Numbered from the stretch's first letter, positions 19,028 to 27,405 are shown. The stretch is DNA of 64,000 bases from a bacterium (GCA_009924895.1 RFQR01000002.1:1368-65367), one strand, 5' to 3'. The notes: a model not told the origin generated them from the letters alone. Program-made: numbers and translations.

Positions 19028-20425
19028 ATGAAACGAGCTACCGGAATATCAGTTGTTGCGATTACAGTCTTTCTGGCGGCACCATTTGCTTACGCCGGTA
19101 CGTTGCCCTGTCCGCATACATGGAATCAAAATTTGAAAATCGGAAGCGCCGGGGATGACGTGTTGAGTCTACAAAAAATCTTAAATTGCGATACTGATAC
19201 TGTCATAGCCATTACTGGCCCCGGTTCAAAAGGAAACGAAACCTCTAGTTACGGGAAGCTGACCGCACTGGCAGTAGTAAAGTTCCAACAAAAATATGCC
19301 GCGGAGATTCTCGCTCCGTCAGGACTTATAACAGGCACCGGGTCAGTCGGTGGAATGACTCGCGCGAAGCTGAACTCTCTGTGTAGGATCACACTTGCAA
19401 CGCAGAGCACTACAGCCTCCTCTTCTGAGCAAGACACGTTAGCCGTGATTTCTCCGCAGCAACCTAAGCCGACCTTGGCACCCGCTGGCGCTGGTGGTGT
19501 TCCATTTACAAACGTCACTCTCACGGCCGAAAGCAAAGACGTGATCGTCAATAACCTCACGGTTCAAAGGACGGGACCTGGCGTGGATAATGTATTCGAA
19601 TCTGTCGCATTGGTTGATGAGAATGGCGACGGCATTGGTGATGAGAAGCGTTTTAATTCCAATCACCAGGCCGTTCTCGGTGATCCTTTTACTATCCCAG
19701 CACACAGTTCCAAGACACTTACGCTCGTTGGAAACATGACTGACGACACGGCCGACTATGCCGGTCAGATGCCGACTCTAGAGGTTGTCGCAATAGATGC
19801 TTCATCACCCATCGAAGGGCTATTTCCGGTCAGAGGTACCGGCCAAGTGATAAACGACACACTTGTCATCGGAGGTGCGACAGCCACGCTCTCGCAATAC
19901 AATCCGTTTACGAGTTCAAATCGCTACATCAATGATACGGGCATCCGGTTTTCGGGTATTCGCATCACTGCTAATTCGCAAGAGGATATCACTCTCTCAT
20001 CGATTACTTGGGATCAGGGTGGCACGGCAGCAGCCAGCGATATCACTAATGTGACGACCATCGTCAATGGGGCTTCGTATCCTACGGAGGTTGATGGACG
20101 ATCGTACACCTCGACGTTCACGCCCGGCATCGTTATTCCCAAGGGGCAGACTGTGGACGTGTATGTGCAAGGTGACCTGACGACAACGGGATCAAACCGC
20201 ACTGTCGAGTTCGATATCGACAGCTCCGACGATATTGCCCTTACGGGTAACACTTACGGCTACGGCGTGGGAATCGCCGCAGGAGGCAATACCGCAACGG
20301 GAGGTAATTCAGTTTTCATCACTTCGACCGGAGACACCGATGGCGACGAAGGCAATCCATTCTTCGCTGGCTCGGTTGTAACAATTAATCCAGGCACTGT
20401 CATCTCCATTCAAAAAGCAAACTAA
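19028..20425 (+). CDS. Secreted peptidoglycan-binding-domain surface protein
   Basis: Signal peptide MKRATG..AYA; LKIGSAGDDVLSLQKILN..T..AVVKFQ PG-binding motif; Thr/Gly-rich beta domains. Confidence 0.75.
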   Translation: MKRATGISVVAITVFLAAPFAYAGTLPCPHTWNQNLKIGSAGDDVLSLQKILNCDTDTVIAITGPGSKGNETSSYGKLTALAVVKFQQKYAAEILAPSGLITGTGSVGGMTRAKLNSLCRITLATQSTTASSSEQDTLAVISPQQPKPTLAPAGAGGVPFTNVTLTAESKDVIVNNLTVQRTGPGVDNVFESVALVDENGDGIGDEKRFNSNHQAVLGDPFTIPAHSSKTLTLVGNMTDDTADYAGQMPTLEVVAIDASSPIEGLFPVRGTGQVINDTLVIGGATATLSQYNPFTSSNRYINDTGIRFSGIRITANSQEDITLSSITWDQGGTAAASDITNVTTIVNGASYPTEVDGRSYTSTFTPGIVIPKGQTVDVYVQGDLTTTGSNRTVEFDIDSSDDIALTGNTYGYGVGIAAGGNTATGGNSVFITSTGDTDGDEGNPFFAGSVVTINPGTVISIQKAN

Positions 20426-20459
20426 GGTTTTTGAGGCCCAAATTTGTTAACATTATCTC

Positions 20460-21629
20460 ATGCCTCAAAAATCCCTTTTATCATTTGTATTCGCATCAGC
20501 TCTGATGATTGCTGGAGTGTATTCGAGTGTCGCGCACGCACAAGAGCTGCTGGTAGACAAAGTGGAGACGGTAAAGGCACAGGTCACCGAAATCGTGAGC
20601 CAGGAGGTTAAGAATATTCCCGGCACTGACACCAGTCACGATTACCAGCAAATCAAAGTAAAAGTATTGGAGGGTACACAAAAGGATCAGATTATAACCG
20701 TCGATAACGATTATTTGAGTCTAAAGGTCGGAGAAGTGTTTTATCTGCGACACGAAACGGATGCCGCAAGCGGGAGAGAAATGTACGCCGTCACCGATCC
20801 ATACCGGCTACCGGCACTATACGGATTCATCGCGCTTTTCGTCATTTGCGTGCTTATTTTTGGAGGGTGGCAAGGGTTGCGAGGTCTTATCGCTCTCGCA
20901 TTAAGTTTCCTTTTTATTTTTTATCTGCTCTTTCCGGGCATCCTGCACGGCTACTCGCCAATCTTGGTAAGCGTTGGAGTTGCGTCGCTCATTATCGTGC
21001 TGGGCTCGTATATAACGCACGGTTTAAATAGAACCACCACAGCGGCAGTAGTAGGCATGGTGATAACAATTCTCCTTACCGGTGCCCTCGCATACTATGC
21101 CGTCCACGTGACCCGACTAAGTGGTTTCGCTTCAGAGGAAGCGGTGTATCTCAACTTCGACATGCGCGGTTCAATCGACTTCATAGGACTTCTACTAGGG
21201 AGCATCCTTATCGGCTTGCTTGGTGTTCTGTATGATGCGGCGATCAGTCAAGCAATCGCCATTGAGGAATTGCACAAAGTCGGACCCCACTTGTCCCGCG
21301 CCTTTATCTTTAAACGTGCCTTACGCATTGGGCGTGAACATATTGGCGCTCTCGTAAATACGCTTGCGATCGCGTACGTCGGCGCATCCTTGCCGCTTCT
21401 ATTGCTTTTCTATGCTTCGACCGACTCCAGCTTTTCTCTAAACTTGAACCGTGAGCTGTTTGCTACGGAAGTGATCCGCACCATGATTGGTTCGATTGGC
21501 CTCGTGCTCGCGGTACCGATCACTTCTCTTATTACTGTTCTCATGCTTATCAAACCAAAAAAGAACTCCGATAAGGCGGTGGTCGAGAAAGAGATGAGCG
21601 CGGTCAGTCATATAGGCCATTCTCATTAG
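20460..21629 (+). CDS. YibE/F-family membrane protein
   Basis: IGLLGVLYDAAISQ, NTLAIAYVG, GSIGLVLAVP; His tail. Confidence 0.85.
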   Translation: MPQKSLLSFVFASALMIAGVYSSVAHAQELLVDKVETVKAQVTEIVSQEVKNIPGTDTSHDYQQIKVKVLEGTQKDQIITVDNDYLSLKVGEVFYLRHETDAASGREMYAVTDPYRLPALYGFIALFVICVLIFGGWQGLRGLIALALSFLFIFYLLFPGILHGYSPILVSVGVASLIIVLGSYITHGLNRTTTAAVVGMVITILLTGALAYYAVHVTRLSGFASEEAVYLNFDMRGSIDFIGLLLGSILIGLLGVLYDAAISQAIAIEELHKVGPHLSRAFIFKRALRIGREHIGALVNTLAIAYVGASLPLLLLFYASTDSSFSLNLNRELFATEVIRTMIGSIGLVLAVPITSLITVLMLIKPKKNSDKAVVEKEMSAVSHIGHSH

Positions 21630-21656
21630 CAATAGTAAGTAGACTTGGCACCAAAA

Positions 21657-21693
21657 CTACAAAAACCACATTGCAACGAATGTGGTTTTTGTA
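21657..21693. terminator. Bidirectional terminator-like hairpin
   Basis: TACAAAAACCACATT-loop-AATGTGGTTTTTGTA. Confidence 0.55.
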
Positions 21694-21730
21694 AAGCTAA
21701 AAACGAGCTTCCTCGTGCTAGCTGTTAGAT

Positions 21731-21830
21731 GCGGTGTATTATTAAAATAGCTCGAACTGAATTCAGCCCTCGCCGCGCAGAGCGCGGCTCGCAATGTGGG
21801 GGTGAAAAAATTCGGAGCGGCTCCGCCGCG
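21731..21830. repeat. Arm A, inverted repeat of 22628-22723
   Basis: Perfect blocks of 48, 10 and 16 bp. Confidence 0.95.
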
Positions 21831-21865
21831 AAAATTAACAATTTCAAGTTTTTCTTTGGCGGCAA

Positions 21866-22546
21866 TTAAATGACTCTACTACCTTGATATTTTAATCTAA
21901 AAAATCCGCGTATGCCAAATAATGTGCGATATATGATAAAACCAATATTTTCCAAACGATTCAAAAAAGAATTTCTTTCCACTTTTTCAAAGTATGTAAT
22001 AGTATCAACCAAACGCGGATTTTTAATTCTAGATGATGTTAATAAAGGAATTGCTGTTGCTAAATTCGGACCGATAAAATGCCAAGAATCATGGAAGGCT
22101 AAAAATCCACCGTTCATTACTTTTGAAAACCATAAATTAAAGTCTAATTTAACAAAACTATATTCATGAGCACCATCAATAAAAGCAAATTCAATCTTTT
22201 GGTTAAAATTTTTCGCCGCATTTTCGGATGTATCTCTTACAGGCTCAACATATTCAGCTACTCCGGCCTTGTTTATATTTTGTTTAAATTCTTCAAATGT
22301 ATCAACTTTGCCGAACATTTTTTGATGTTCGGAGGAGCCGATGTGTGGATCAACGGCAAAAATTTTAACTTTATTCGCATCTCTAGAGCCGTTCCCAAGA
22401 CAAATAGTAGATTTTCCTTTCCACGAACCAACTTCTACGATTACATTTCCAGTTTTGATTTTCTTTGCAATGTTATACAAAGAAAGGCCCTCGGCCTCTG
22501 TCAACCACCCGCCAACATTTTCAGTAGCTTTATTAAAATCAAACAT
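21866..22546 (-). CDS. Class I SAM-dependent methyltransferase (Methyltransf_24-like), AT-rich cargo
   Basis: VEVGSWKGKST, FIDGAHEY, FHDS. Confidence 0.85.
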   Translation of the reverse strand: MFDFNKATENVGGWLTEAEGLSLYNIAKKIKTGNVIVEVGSWKGKSTICLGNGSRDANKVKIFAVDPHIGSSEHQKMFGKVDTFEEFKQNINKAGVAEYVEPVRDTSENAAKNFNQKIEFAFIDGAHEYSFVKLDFNLWFSKVMNGGFLAFHDSWHFIGPNLATAIPLLTSSRIKNPRLVDTITYFEKVERNSFLNRLENIGFIIYRTLFGIRGFFRLKYQGSRVI

Positions 22547-22548
22547 AT

Positions 22549-22854
22549 GATTAAAAAATTTCTTTTGCCCTTAAAAAATATGATTCGAGCCGATTTGTTT
22601 TCAGGTTCTTTGGCAGTTTGGAATGTGCGCGGCGGAGCCGCTCATTTTTGCCTCGCCCGACCCGAGCCGCGCGAAGCGCGGCGAGGGCTGAATTCAGTTC
22701 GAGCTATTTTAATAATACACCGCCAGTTGGAATTTTTCAAGCAAGTGCCGTTCGCCTCGCGGCGGCTTTGCCGCCTCTCGGCAAGGATTTCAAATGGTTT
22801 TTTGGCCGAAAACGAAATGCATTTATCAATAAGGGCAAAAGAAATTTTTTAATC
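22549..22854. repeat. Central region: 25-bp IRs (22549-22573/22830-22854) enclosing the inverted A+core+C junction copy
   Basis: GATTAAAAAATTTCTTTTGCCCTTA vs TAAGGGCAAAAGAAATTTTTTAATC are exact reverse complements. Confidence 0.9.
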
Positions 22855-22862
22855 CTAATCTT

Positions 22863-24386
22863 ATGAAATACATACTTTATGCAAGAAAATCTACCGAGAG
22901 TGAGGAACGTCAAATTTTGAGTATTGAAGCCCAAATTTCCGAATTAAAAGAATTTGCCGCCAAAGAAAAACTTGAAATTGTTGCTTCGCTTTGCGAAGCC
23001 CAAACTGCCAAAGAACCTGGGCGAACGAAGTTCGCCGAAATGTTGTCATTTCTGCAAGCCGGAAAAGCTGACGGAATTTTGAGCTGGCATCCGGATCGTC
23101 TCGCCCGAAATTCCATAGACGGCGGACAAATTGTCTATTTGCTGGACACAGGAATAATTAAAGATTTGAAATTTCCGACATTTTGGTTTGACAATACACC
23201 GCAAGGAAAATTTATGTTGAACATTGCCTTTGGGCAAAGCAAATACTACATAGACAACTTGAGCGAGAATATTCGCCGAGGTCATCGCGCAAAACTTCGC
23301 AGGGGCGTATTCCCCGGCTTTGCTCCACTTGGCTATCTCAACAATCATCGCACTCGCGATATTGATATTGACCCAGAAAAATCTTCGCTAGTCCGAAAAG
23401 GTTTCGAGCTATACGCAACTGGCAAATACACCCTGAAGCAAATCGCGAGAGCGTTAAAAGATATTGGCCTCCGGAGTTACAAAGGCAATGTTCTTTCTGT
23501 TTCCTGTGCACAGAGACTTCTTCAAAATCATTTCTATTACGGAATTTTCAAATTTAAGGGCGAGACGTATCAGGGAATGCACGAGCCGTTAATTTCAAAG
23601 AAACTTTTTGATAAATGCCAAGAAGTTATGAAATCTCGCGGACATATCAAAACACGCAAAGCCGAGAAAACTTTTCCGTTTCGTGGATTATTCGCTTGCG
23701 GAGAGTGCGGCTGTGCTATTACTGCCGAAACTCAAAAGGGCCATAACTATTACAGATGTACGAAAAAGAAGACCGTTTGCTCGCAAAAATATGTCCGAGA
23801 GGAAGCACTGACCGAACAGGTGAAAAGTTTTCTTCAAAAAGTTTCTTTACCGAGCCAAGATGCTGAAAAGGTTTTGCGCGAGCTAGACAAAGACGAGCAG
23901 AAAGCAATAATGAGTAGCCGAGAAATTTTGCAAAATCTCAAAAGTGAAATTGTCGAAATCAGCACAAAGTTGGATAAATTGCTTTCTGCGTATCTCGACG
24001 AGATAGTTTCAGCCGATGAGTACGCCGCGCAAAAAGAGAAACTGCTCGCGCGAAAGGTCGAGTGTACTGAAGAAATCGGCGAAGTTGAGAACAAAAGTGT
24101 GTCTTGGCTCGAACCGGCTCGTGCGTTTGTAAAATCCTTAAATCAAGCTGAAAATCTTGTCCAGTCTGGGGATAAAGCAGAAATGACAACATTTCTAAAA
24201 CAAATCGGCTCGAATCATATTTTGTTTGATAAATGCATTTCGTTTTCGGCCAAAAAACCCTTTGAAATTCTTGCCGAGCGGCGGCAAAGCCGCCGCGAGG
24301 CGAACGGCACTTGCTTGAAAAATTCCAACTGGCGGAGAGGGAGGGATTCGAACCCTCGAGACAATTTTACTCGCCTAACACGTTAG
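22863..24386 (+). CDS. Large serine recombinase; C-terminus read through the tRNA-Ser antisense
   Basis: YARKS catalytic Ser, DRLARN, recombinase domain, CGECG..YYRC Zn-ribbon, coiled coil; ends WRRGRDSNPR.. Confidence 0.95.
   Translation: MKYILYARKSTESEERQILSIEAQISELKEFAAKEKLEIVASLCEAQTAKEPGRTKFAEMLSFLQAGKADGILSWHPDRLARNSIDGGQIVYLLDTGIIKDLKFPTFWFDNTPQGKFMLNIAFGQSKYYIDNLSENIRRGHRAKLRRGVFPGFAPLGYLNNHRTRDIDIDPEKSSLVRKGFELYATGKYTLKQIARALKDIGLRSYKGNVLSVSCAQRLLQNHFYYGIFKFKGETYQGMHEPLISKKLFDKCQEVMKSRGHIKTRKAEKTFPFRGLFACGECGCAITAETQKGHNYYRCTKKKTVCSQKYVREEALTEQVKSFLQKVSLPSQDAEKVLRELDKDEQKAIMSSREILQNLKSEIVEISTKLDKLLSAYLDEIVSADEYAAQKEKLLARKVECTEEIGEVENKSVSWLEPARAFVKSLNQAENLVQSGDKAEMTTFLKQIGSNHILFDKCISFSAKKPFEILAERRQSRREANGTCLKNSNWRRGRDSNPRDNFTRLTR
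24226..24335. repeat. Arm C, 110-bp inverted repeat of 22720-22829
   Basis: 107/110 identical by manual alignment. Confidence 0.95.
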
Positions 24387-24421
24387 CACCGTGCCGCCTT
24401 CGACCGCTCGGCCACCTCTCC
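24330..24421 (-). tRNA. tRNA-Ser(GCT)
   Basis: GGAGAGG acceptor, long variable arm, anticodon GCT, encoded CCA. Confidence 0.93.
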
Positions 24422-24490
24422 GTGCAAAGTAGCGTATCATTTTTTGCTCTTTTTCCCAAAAAATCGTATTATCTAAGCGTCTGCTAGGAA

Positions 24491-24562
24491 GGCCCTATCG
24501 TCTAGGGGTTAGGACAGCGCCTTTTCAAGGCGTTAACCCGGGTTCGAGTCCCGGTAGGGTCA
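24491..24562 (+). tRNA. tRNA-Glu(TTC)
   Basis: GGCCCTA/TAGGGTC acceptor, GCGCC-TTTTCAA-GGCGT anticodon arm. Confidence 0.95.
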
Positions 24563-24973
24563 CAAAATAGAACTTCGTCCAATGAAAGGACGGAACGCAC
24601 GCTCGCATGGGGCGAGCGTGCGTTCCGCTCTTTCTTCCGAAGAAGTTTCTTTATGTGAGGATATTCTAACCTTTGCGCGAACGTATTTTGAGCGAAGCGA
24701 GTGACTTCGCACGCGCCGCGCGCGTGGTGATGTGTACCTGATCGTACGCCCGGATTCCACACCAACGCTGGGCACCGCCCGCCGCGGCCAAGGCCGCGGC
24801 AACTCCGAACAAATCCGCTCCATGCATTTCGGATTCGCCACGAGAATGCATTTTGAAGAAGAAGGAATGGGCGGGTTTGTTCAGGGTTGTGCATTTCAGG
24901 CAGGGCGGCGCGCAACAAATATCTATACTAATCGAATTGAAGTGTTTCCTGTGAATTGTGGTACTATTTCTGT

Positions 24974-25417
24974 ATGAATCCTAACGAGTGGAAGATTGTC
25001 GGTTGGATCGAGATATCAATGTTACTCGGGTCGTTTGTTCTCGGCGGGCTAATACTGGCTCCATTATTTTTTGCTTCCACCGATGGCGCCGACCAATACG
25101 CAAATGTACTAATTGGTTTCTCGGCTTCTTTTTTCGGTGGAGTGATAGATATCTTTCTCACTCTGGCTTGTGCATGGGTAGGCGTTTGGAGTGCTGCGCG
25201 ACGCAAACTTTTTTCTTATGAGACTAGCGCCGAGCGGGTCGCACTTTTCAGCGTCTTATTTTTCTGGATTCTTAGCGATGCAACGCATTTGATTTTTATC
25301 ATTTTTGCTCCGCTCGCAACAGTACTGCTGGTACTTGTACAATTAGCCGCGCTGTTTGTCGGCATCAAAATCTTGGTTCAACGCGCAATAGATATGTCAG
25401 GAAATTTGTTGAGATAA
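24974..25417 (+). CDS. Hypothetical 4-TM membrane protein
   Basis: Hydrophobic ORF, start MNPNEW. Confidence 0.65.
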   Translation: MNPNEWKIVGWIEISMLLGSFVLGGLILAPLFFASTDGADQYANVLIGFSASFFGGVIDIFLTLACAWVGVWSAARRKLFSYETSAERVALFSVLFFWILSDATHLIFIIFAPLATVLLVLVQLAALFVGIKILVQRAIDMSGNLLR

Positions 25418-25427
25418 ATTTTCATAT

Positions 25428-25814
25428 ATGACGTCGAGTGAAGTAAAGATCATGGCAATTATTTCGATCTTCCTTCTGATGGGCGACTTTCTAATATCTC
25501 ATCTTGAAGTTCTTGCATGGCCGGAAGCAAGAATCGCCGGTTTTCTTGTTCATTTTGCCTTTCTGATCGGATGTTCTTGGGTTGCAACGTTTACAGCTGC
25601 TCGATTTGGCCTGCTCGAACCGCATATTCGTACGCGAATGATATCAGCAACGAGTATTGCAGTGTTCCTCCTTATTCTTTTAATGAAACACGTACCGCAA
25701 GCCGCTGGTTTGTTCGTGCGAGCACCGCTGCTAATGTTGATCAATTTCTTGATTTTTAATGCGCCATTGTATTTTGCGCTTAATTATTTTCTTCAACGGG
25801 AGACAAATTCATAA
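25428..25814 (+). CDS. Hypothetical 4-TM membrane protein
   Basis: 128 aa hydrophobic ORF. Confidence 0.65.
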   Translation: MTSSEVKIMAIISIFLLMGDFLISHLEVLAWPEARIAGFLVHFAFLIGCSWVATFTAARFGLLEPHIRTRMISATSIAVFLLILLMKHVPQAAGLFVRAPLLMLINFLIFNAPLYFALNYFLQRETNS

Positions 25815-26245
25815 TCCGCATCTCAACGTTAAATTGAAGACAGATCGAAACACAGCTTGAACCTAAAAGGATTGCTCACTTGCAGCAGAAATGAACATAC
25901 GCGACGAGAAGAAGGTGACACCGACAAATATCGCCCAGAATAAGATTGTCCACAGAGGTGATGACTTTAGGCCGGAAATCAATTGCGGCACATCGGATGC
26001 AAAGACGCACACGACCACGAAATACGAGCACCGATAACAATCGACGCTATTCCGCCGAAGATTACAGTCACCACCGCAAAAGCCTCTACCAATGGTGGGA
26101 CGCGGGAAGCTCCGTTTGTGACCAATAGAACCCCTATCGCCAATCCCAAAACTATGGAGGCAAGATACAGGGCGAGCTGCATAAGAAAAATGCCACCCGC
26201 CACACTAAGAATGACATATGAGGGGCGCGTTGAATGCATGCACAT
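25815..26245 (-). pseudogene. Probably frameshifted membrane protein
   Basis: Hydrophobic ORF stops at 25979; another frame continues FASDVPQLISGLKSSPLWTILFWAIFVGVTFF. Confidence 0.4.
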
Positions 26246-26306
26246 TACTGTACCATGTATTTGGCTGCGGCGATGATGCAGGAGTAAATAAAGAATCTTG
26301 TTGCGA

Positions 26307-26795
26307 CTATAGGGATATGTATTTCGCGCCTCGTCCTATGCCATTCTTTCCCAATTTGCCCTGTTTGACGAGAGCGGCAGTATAGCGACTCGCTGTCGCG
26401 TCCGGGACATGCAGCAGCTTTTCAATTTCGTCATTTGTGATCGATTTGTGTTGCCTCACAAACTCCACAATTCTTGCGAGCTACACTTCTTTATTCCGCG
26501 TCTTTGTCGCAGCCGACTTCGCTCTATCGTTAGCACTCCATTTACGTCCAACTGGTGCTAAAGGTTGTGGTGTCGATATCGATTGCGACATTGACTGTGA
26601 ATCCACCGGTATTTCTTGAGCCGATGGTGATTCTTATGGAATGACGGGCGGCGGTTCTGTAGACGCTGATTGTTCGGCAACAGGAACATATACAGGCGCA
26701 GGCGGAATCGGTTCAGCAAGTGCTGGTGCGGCTGCTTCAAACACAGGCGCAGATTCAGTCGGAGTTGGCGTGTCTTGCACAACATAATCCGTCAT
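26307..26795 (-). pseudogene. Pro-rich plus winged-helix HTH protein with two in-frame stops
   Basis: MTDYVVQDTPTP..VIP*ESP..KEV*LARIVEFVRQHKSITNDEIEKLLHVPDATASRY..LVKQGKL..GRGAKY; TAA 26634-36, TAG 26481-83. Confidence 0.75.
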
Positions 26796-27142
26796 TCCCT
26801 TAATCTATCAAAATCGGCTCACATTGAATGTCGAAACGGCTTATCCATATATATACGTTTGAGCCGTTTCGTCCTTTTGGATTTGTATGCGCCGTCCATG
26901 CCTGAAAGGCAGAACCCCGAACAAACCCGCCCATTCCTTCTTTTTCAAAATGCATTCTCGAGGCGAATCCGAAATGCATGGAGCGGGTTTGTTCGGAGTT
27001 GCCGCGGTACTCCGCGGCGGGCGGTTTGGCAGGATTGGCACGAACTCGGAGCGTACGCTTCGCGTCCGCAATTCCACGCACGCGGCGCGTGCGGAGTCAG
27101 TCGCTTCGCTCGAAATACGTTCGCGCGAAGGTTAGAATATCC

Positions 27143-27358
27143 TCACAAAGGCAAAAACTCTGCACTGCTGCGGAGTTTTTTGCACTTTGTGAAGACGGAG
27201 CCATGTTTCGCTAGCAAGCGAAACGGGCGAGTCCGGGGCTGGAAAATTTTTGTTTGACAAACAAAAATTATTGTGGCTCACATCAAAAATAGGATCAAGA
27301 GGAGAAAAGTTTTGTCGAAAACTTTTCGAGCTCTTGGGAGGATCCTGGTAGTATCACA
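27143..27358 (+). repeat. tRNA-associated structured module with 36-bp direct repeat (27143-27178/27354-27389)
   Basis: TCACAAAGGCAAAAACTCTGCACTGCYGCGGAGTTT twice; AAGACGGAGC..TAGCA loop..GGCGAG motif. Confidence 0.7.
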
Positions 27359-27405
27359 AAGGCAAAAACTCTGCACTGCCGCGGAGTTTGTGCGGCGCGT
27401 TTTGG

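Larger units (their letters stand above)
15268..24335. mobile_element. Composite island array at tRNA-Ser 3' end (zinc-uptake island plus LSR element)
   Basis: Distal GTGGAGAGGGGAGATT (15268) resembles the reverse-complemented tRNA-Ser 3' end GCGGAGAGGGAGGGATT; LSR remnant and intact LSR inside. Confidence 0.55.
21731..24335. mobile_element. 2.6-kb LSR integrative element at tRNA-Ser with an internal inverted copy of its junction
   Basis: Both ends share core GCGG; left arm 21731-21830 inverted at 22628-22723; right arm 24226-24335 inverted at 22720-22829. Confidence 0.8.
24560..27147. mobile_element. Non-autonomous element at tRNA-Glu with 267-bp inverted arms around cargo
   Basis: Core TCACA at 24560 and 27143, inverted TGTGA at 24654; arms 24654-24920 and 26881-27147; hairpin 24560-24658. 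Confidence 0.7.

Noticed and set aside
22166-22934. ORFs 22166-22852(+), 22618-22866(+) and 22737-22934(-)
   Set aside because: Shadow frames over the methyltransferase and the inverted-repeat region. Their shared IKKFLLPL peptide is just the 25-bp IR.
21731-27147. DGR, retron or integron explanation for the repeats
   Set aside because: No reverse transcriptase or tyrosine integrase in the window; the repeats are inverted and are tied to tRNA-end cores.
24502-27257. Paralogous-looking ORFs 24502-24918(-), 26670-27257(+) and overlapping frames
   Set aside because: Similarity comes from the 267-bp GC-rich inverted arms; several frames are open at once and none looks like a real protein.
27143-27389. 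Possible CRISPR array (36-bp direct repeats)
   Set aside because: Only two copies, ~175 bp apart, with a structured interior and no cas genes.
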